A stretch of 20,000 bases of DNA from an uncultured virus (IMG/VR IMGVR_UViG_3300020203_000420) (Duplodnaviria > Heunggongvirae > Uroviricota > Caudoviricetes). The notes beneath the pieces are model-generated. The model was not told the DNA's origin. It ran no database searches and saw only the letters and a program-made list of their open reading frames with translations. Below are positions 16,893 to 20,000 of this stretch, in pieces. Position 1 is the stretch's first letter; every line of letters starts with the position of its first letter. The position numbers and the translations under genes were made by a program. Location: IMG/VR virus record IMGVR_UViG_3300020203_000420, one strand, 5' to 3'.

Positions 16893-17137
16893 TGTTCATT
16901 AATACTAAACCCTTTCAGTTCAATGTCTATCCTCAATTCGCCATTAAGTTATTCTTTTTTGTGTTTGGAGTTAAGGTATTTAAAGTTAGAGTTTGGCCGA
17001 GTGTGAACTCTACAGGCTGTGGTCTCTTCTGTTTTGCATTTTCTAAAATTAGAGTTTCTTTTGGCTTTGATCTCTGCTCTTACAAGGTATGGAGAAGGGG
17101 CTGGGATACTGACGTTTTTGGTTGTGGAGATGAGTAG
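16892..17137 (+). CDS. small Phe-rich hypothetical protein (paralog B)
   Basis: Start better placed at ATG 16892 (TAATG coupling, GGAG 6 nt upstream) than at TTG 16880; aligns with paralog A. Confidence 0.6.
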   Translation: MFINTKPFQFNVYPQFAIKLFFFVFGVKVFKVRVWPSVNSTGCGLFCFAFSKIRVSFGFDLCSYKVWRRGWDTDVFGCGDE

Positions 17138-17410
17138 GCCATCCTGGGATGAATACTTTACTTTCGGCAGGATACAACGGTTCTCCAAGTGGAATATCTC
17201 ATTGTACGGAAGCTGGATGCATAATGCTAGACAATCATTGTGTTAATTGCAATCACGCTGGAAGGAAATGCCATCTCCCAAGCGTCCAAAAGAGGTATTC
17301 CGATAGGCGGATCTACTGCATATGTGACTGGCAATCCCTGTTTACATTGCTTAAGGAACCTGCTATGCTCAGGCATAAAAGAAATTATTTATATAACAAA
17401 GTCAGGGTAA
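17130..17410 (+). pseudogene. dCMP deaminase (ComEB-like), disrupted
   Basis: Pieces in shifting frames: MSRPSWDEYF / LSAGYNGSPSGISHCTEAGC...HCVNCNHA / EGNAISQASKRG...STAYVTGNPCLHC...GIKEIIY* (HxE and PCxxC zinc motifs). The RSTC..R.VGAV segment is absent and an extra G at ~17260 splits H-A-E. Confidence 0.85.
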
Positions 17411-17413
17411 CAT

Positions 17414-18496
17414 ATGTCGCTAAAGATATTCAGCGTTAGTAATTTAAAACAAACGGCAGCAAGCTGGTATAAAGATCTCAAATGGAAGCTAGAGGTGGCT
17501 AGTTTTGACCACAAAGAGAGGCTGTTGGGGTTCTTTAACCTTAGAAACCGCTTCTTTGTTGCTAAAAGGAATGGCAAGCTAGACAAAGCCATGAGAGACT
17601 GGGCGGAGTTTTCTGGAGCAGTAGTTGCTTTTGGAGAAGCTGATGGCTTTGCAAAGATTACCACGATGGTTGGAGAAGGTTTTAATTCAGACCTGGATGA
17701 GGGATGGGAGTATAATCCACCCCATAAGCACTTATTAGTAGACGAGAAAACTCTTGCTTTTTTTAACCTAAACTCCGAAGATGACCGTAAACTGATAGAT
17801 GGAAGTCTAGATGAATTGCAGAATTTAAGGGAGAATAGAGAGTCAGAAAAGCTATATTACGTAGTAGAAGCAAAAGCAGGACTAGTAGCTCTTGGAGCCA
17901 GGCATGGAGTTAGACATGGTTTTCATACTAGAATTGTGAGTCCTAGTTTAGGATTAGCAGTTAACTTAACCAAGTATTATTGGAAAAAAGAGTCGGAGCT
18001 TTCTGAGAAAAAACAAAAAGCCGATGAAGATAAGAAAGGTAAAGATAAAGGAAGCCTCAAAACATTTAAACTAGCGGAAGCTGTTAGAAATGTAACCTGG
18101 GCTTTTGATGTTGACTTAGAAGAAAAAGAAGTTAATGAAAAACTACTTAACAGTCTAAGTGCTAGAAACTTTAAAAGTATTCACACATCTATTAAAGACC
18201 TAGAAGAAGATCTAAAAACCCTAAAGGCACTAACTGCTCCTAAACTTAAGCTACTTAGTCCTATTTTCAACTCCTATGAGAAGAAAAGACAATCTGATAG
18301 ACTATTAAAAATAGCTAATAGAAAGGATAAACTTTCTGAGAAAGAGTCTGGAAAAGAGAGGTTGAATTATTTTATTTCTATGGATGAACTAATGGAAAGC
18401 TTTAAAGAACAAGATAAGCTGTTTGAAGCTATGCTTCAAGAAGCTACTGAAGTTTTAAATAACAGTAAGACCGTAACATCAACTACTAAGAAATAA
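17414..18496 (+). CDS. hypothetical protein, charged/coiled-coil C-terminal half
   Basis: 360-aa uninterrupted ORF; no family recognised. Confidence 0.8.
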   Translation: MSLKIFSVSNLKQTAASWYKDLKWKLEVASFDHKERLLGFFNLRNRFFVAKRNGKLDKAMRDWAEFSGAVVAFGEADGFAKITTMVGEGFNSDLDEGWEYNPPHKHLLVDEKTLAFFNLNSEDDRKLIDGSLDELQNLRENRESEKLYYVVEAKAGLVALGARHGVRHGFHTRIVSPSLGLAVNLTKYYWKKESELSEKKQKADEDKKGKDKGSLKTFKLAEAVRNVTWAFDVDLEEKEVNEKLLNSLSARNFKSIHTSIKDLEEDLKTLKALTAPKLKLLSPIFNSYEKKRQSDRLLKIANRKDKLSEKESGKERLNYFISMDELMESFKEQDKLFEAMLQEATEVLNNSKTVTSTTKK

Positions 18497-18542
18497 TATT
18501 AATTATAGGCAATTGGGTGATTACTACTAAAGAGGAATTTAT

Positions 18543-19055
18543 ATGAAAAATTGGCAAAGAAATAGAAGACAATATCTAACTAACCTCTATTCTCATATGA
18601 AGGAGAGAGTAACTAATCCATTAAAGTCAGTAGGTGGAAGGGACTACCTTGGCCTATCTATATGCTCCAGAGAAGATTTTATTTCTTTCGGGCTTGAAAG
18701 TGTTAGATTCAATACCCTATTTAAACGGTACAAAAGATCTAGAGGCTTAAGAGCTATTGCCCCAAGTATTGACAGAGTTAAGAATGGTAAGGGCTATGTA
18801 CTTGGAAACATGCAGTTTCTAACCGTGGGGGAAAATTCAAAGAAGGATAGAAAACCTAAGTGGATTATTCTGAAATCTACCAAGACCAAAAAAGTAGTCA
18901 GGTTTACTTCTACTGTATTAGCTGCTAGGTTCTTAAAACATAAGAGGGAAATTAAAGTAGATAGAAAATCCTTTCTAAACCCAAAAACCCGTGAATTGTT
19001 TACTAACTTAACTGACCCGACTAAAAGACCTAAAAAACAATTATTTAAAGCTTAA
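18543..19055 (+). CDS. HNH-like (ββα-Me) endonuclease-type protein with NUMOD1/IENR1-like DNA-binding tail
   Basis: Y..MKERV.NP.....Y.GL.IC, PSIDRVKNGKGYVLGNMQFLT..EN, C-terminal VVRFTSTVLAARFL; very basic; GAGG upstream. Confidence 0.7.
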   Translation: MKNWQRNRRQYLTNLYSHMKERVTNPLKSVGGRDYLGLSICSREDFISFGLESVRFNTLFKRYKRSRGLRAIAPSIDRVKNGKGYVLGNMQFLTVGENSKKDRKPKWIILKSTKTKKVVRFTSTVLAARFLKHKREIKVDRKSFLNPKTRELFTNLTDPTKRPKKQLFKA

Positions 19056-19086
19056 GTTTTAATGCATACTAGTCGATAAGATTAGT

Positions 19087-19290
19087 ATGAATAAAACAAC
19101 TAAGAGAGCAGGTAAGAAGAAAGTATTAACAGAAATTACCTATGAGGGGCTCATCAAGGACGTTGGTGGAGCTTTATCAGGAATCTTAAATCAGTATCGA
19201 TTGCCTGAAGATGTAGTATCCAAAATTTCTACCGCTGTTGTGAGTGCAATTGATAGCATAGCTACGGCTCATATTACGTACGAAGGTTAG
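19087..19290 (+). CDS. small hypothetical protein
   Basis: 67-aa ORF fitting the gene tiling. Confidence 0.55.
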   Translation: MNKTTKRAGKKKVLTEITYEGLIKDVGGALSGILNQYRLPEDVVSKISTAVVSAIDSIATAHITYEG

Positions 19291-19309
19291 ATAATATGAA
19301 ACATAAGGC

Positions 19310-19328
19310 TGAGAGTCAGAGACTCTCA
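19310..19328. repeat. 8-bp perfect inverted repeat
   Basis: TGAGAGTC-aga-GACTCTCA in the intergenic gap. Confidence 0.7.
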
Positions 19329-19340
19329 CATAACTAATTT

Positions 19341-20000
19341 ATGTCCATCAAACTTACACAGCCGAGTTTATCTTAAGAGCTAAGAGAAAACATGGAGATA
19401 AGTATGACTACTCTAAGGTAGACTACCTTGGCATAAATGAGAAAGTTATAATTATTTGTAAAGAGCATGGAGACTTTTCTCAAACTCCAGCTACCCATTT
19501 TGGAGCAGTCAGGGGGTGTCAGAGATGTAATACAAAGTGGACAGATTCTATTCTTAAAGGGATAGCCAAAGGGTATAAATCTCGCGTTGAGTGGGAAAGG
19601 GGGTGCCCAGGGAGTTATTTAGTCTCTTGCCGGAGGGGCAGAGTGTTTCATTCAGCAGCAACCAGACACATGAAGCCCGCAGCGTCTATCCTGAAAAGAT
19701 ACATTTATGTTTATGAGTTTGAAGATAATACTGCATACGTAGGATTAACTTGGAATATACAAGATCGTAGGGCACGTCATGAAAGCAGAAAGCATAAAGG
19801 GAAAATATATAAAAAGATTACAAAGAAAGTTAAATATACCTTTAAGATTCTTAAGAAGAACGTTCCTTACGATAAGGCTTGCGATCAAGAAGAAAAATTT
19901 CAAAATAAATACAAAAAGGAGGGTTGGGCTTTATTAAATCACCCCTTACCAGTCAGGGCGTTAGGAGGGGTGTCATTCTGGACAAAAAAAAGATAGAGAG
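19341..20000 (+). pseudogene. homing endonuclease-like gene: DUF723-like zinc ribbon + KWT repeat + GIY-YIG, frameshifted near the start and possibly near the window end
   Basis: The GIY-YIG frame (YIYVYEF..NTAYVGLT....R...H) is open back to 19334 and encodes AEFILRAKRKHGDKYDYSKVDY...VIIICKEHGDFSQTPATH...GCQRC then KWTDS.L..IAKGYKSR.EW. The ATG at 19341 (MSIKLT) is in a different frame and joins it if one base is added. Confidence 0.75.

Noticed and set aside
17019..17439. ORFs 17019-17246 and 17149-17439 as independent genes
   Set aside because: Each contains only a fragment of the disrupted dCMP deaminase joined to out-of-frame sequence.
479..17664. Short overlapping ORFs from the track (479-736, 2777-3049, 2905-3144, 3081-3272, 6091-6321, 6641-6883, 7675-7920, 8382-8678, 10017-10208, 10699-10977, 13428-13682, 16949-17188, 17389-17664)
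   Set aside because: They lie antisense to or out of frame within well-supported genes and have no motifs; shadow ORFs.
1..20000. Stop-codon reassignment (TAG or TGA), as seen in some large phages
   Set aside because: Conserved proteins are full length in the standard code, and all three stop codons terminate genes at sensible positions.

Overview
An AT-rich, gene-dense window read in the standard code. All credible genes lie on the + strand except one GH19 lysozyme/chitinase. It contains no ribosomal, rRNA/tRNA, capsid or tail genes. The gene mix is dUTPase, Rad52/Sak annealase, a single-module ClpA/B-like ATPase, PNKP-type HAD phosphatase, DRB0094/Rnl5 RNA ligase, BCS1-like AAA ATPase, a GH19 lysin, HNH-like and GIY-YIG endonucleases, and many orphans. 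This is most consistent with an accessory/early region of a large (possibly jumbo) bacteriophage; that is an inference, and the host is unknown. Highlights: (i) a tightly coupled module of HAD phosphatase, small conserved protein, nucleoside deoxyribosyltransferase and ribokinase; (ii) an apparent operon of L-lysine 6-aminotransferase, GDP-mannose 4,6-dehydratase and a divergent serpin-fold protein, behind a divergent promoter region with mutually exclusive hairpins; (iii) an RNA ligase with a 45-bp in-frame duplication of a catalytic motif; (iv) a dCMP deaminase and a zinc-ribbon/GIY-YIG gene broken by indels, which the ORF track misses or truncates; (v) a tandem pair of Phe-rich paralogs and a duplicated ~52-aa N-terminal domain in the Clp-like ATPase. 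All family calls come from motif recognition by eye; no searches were run.
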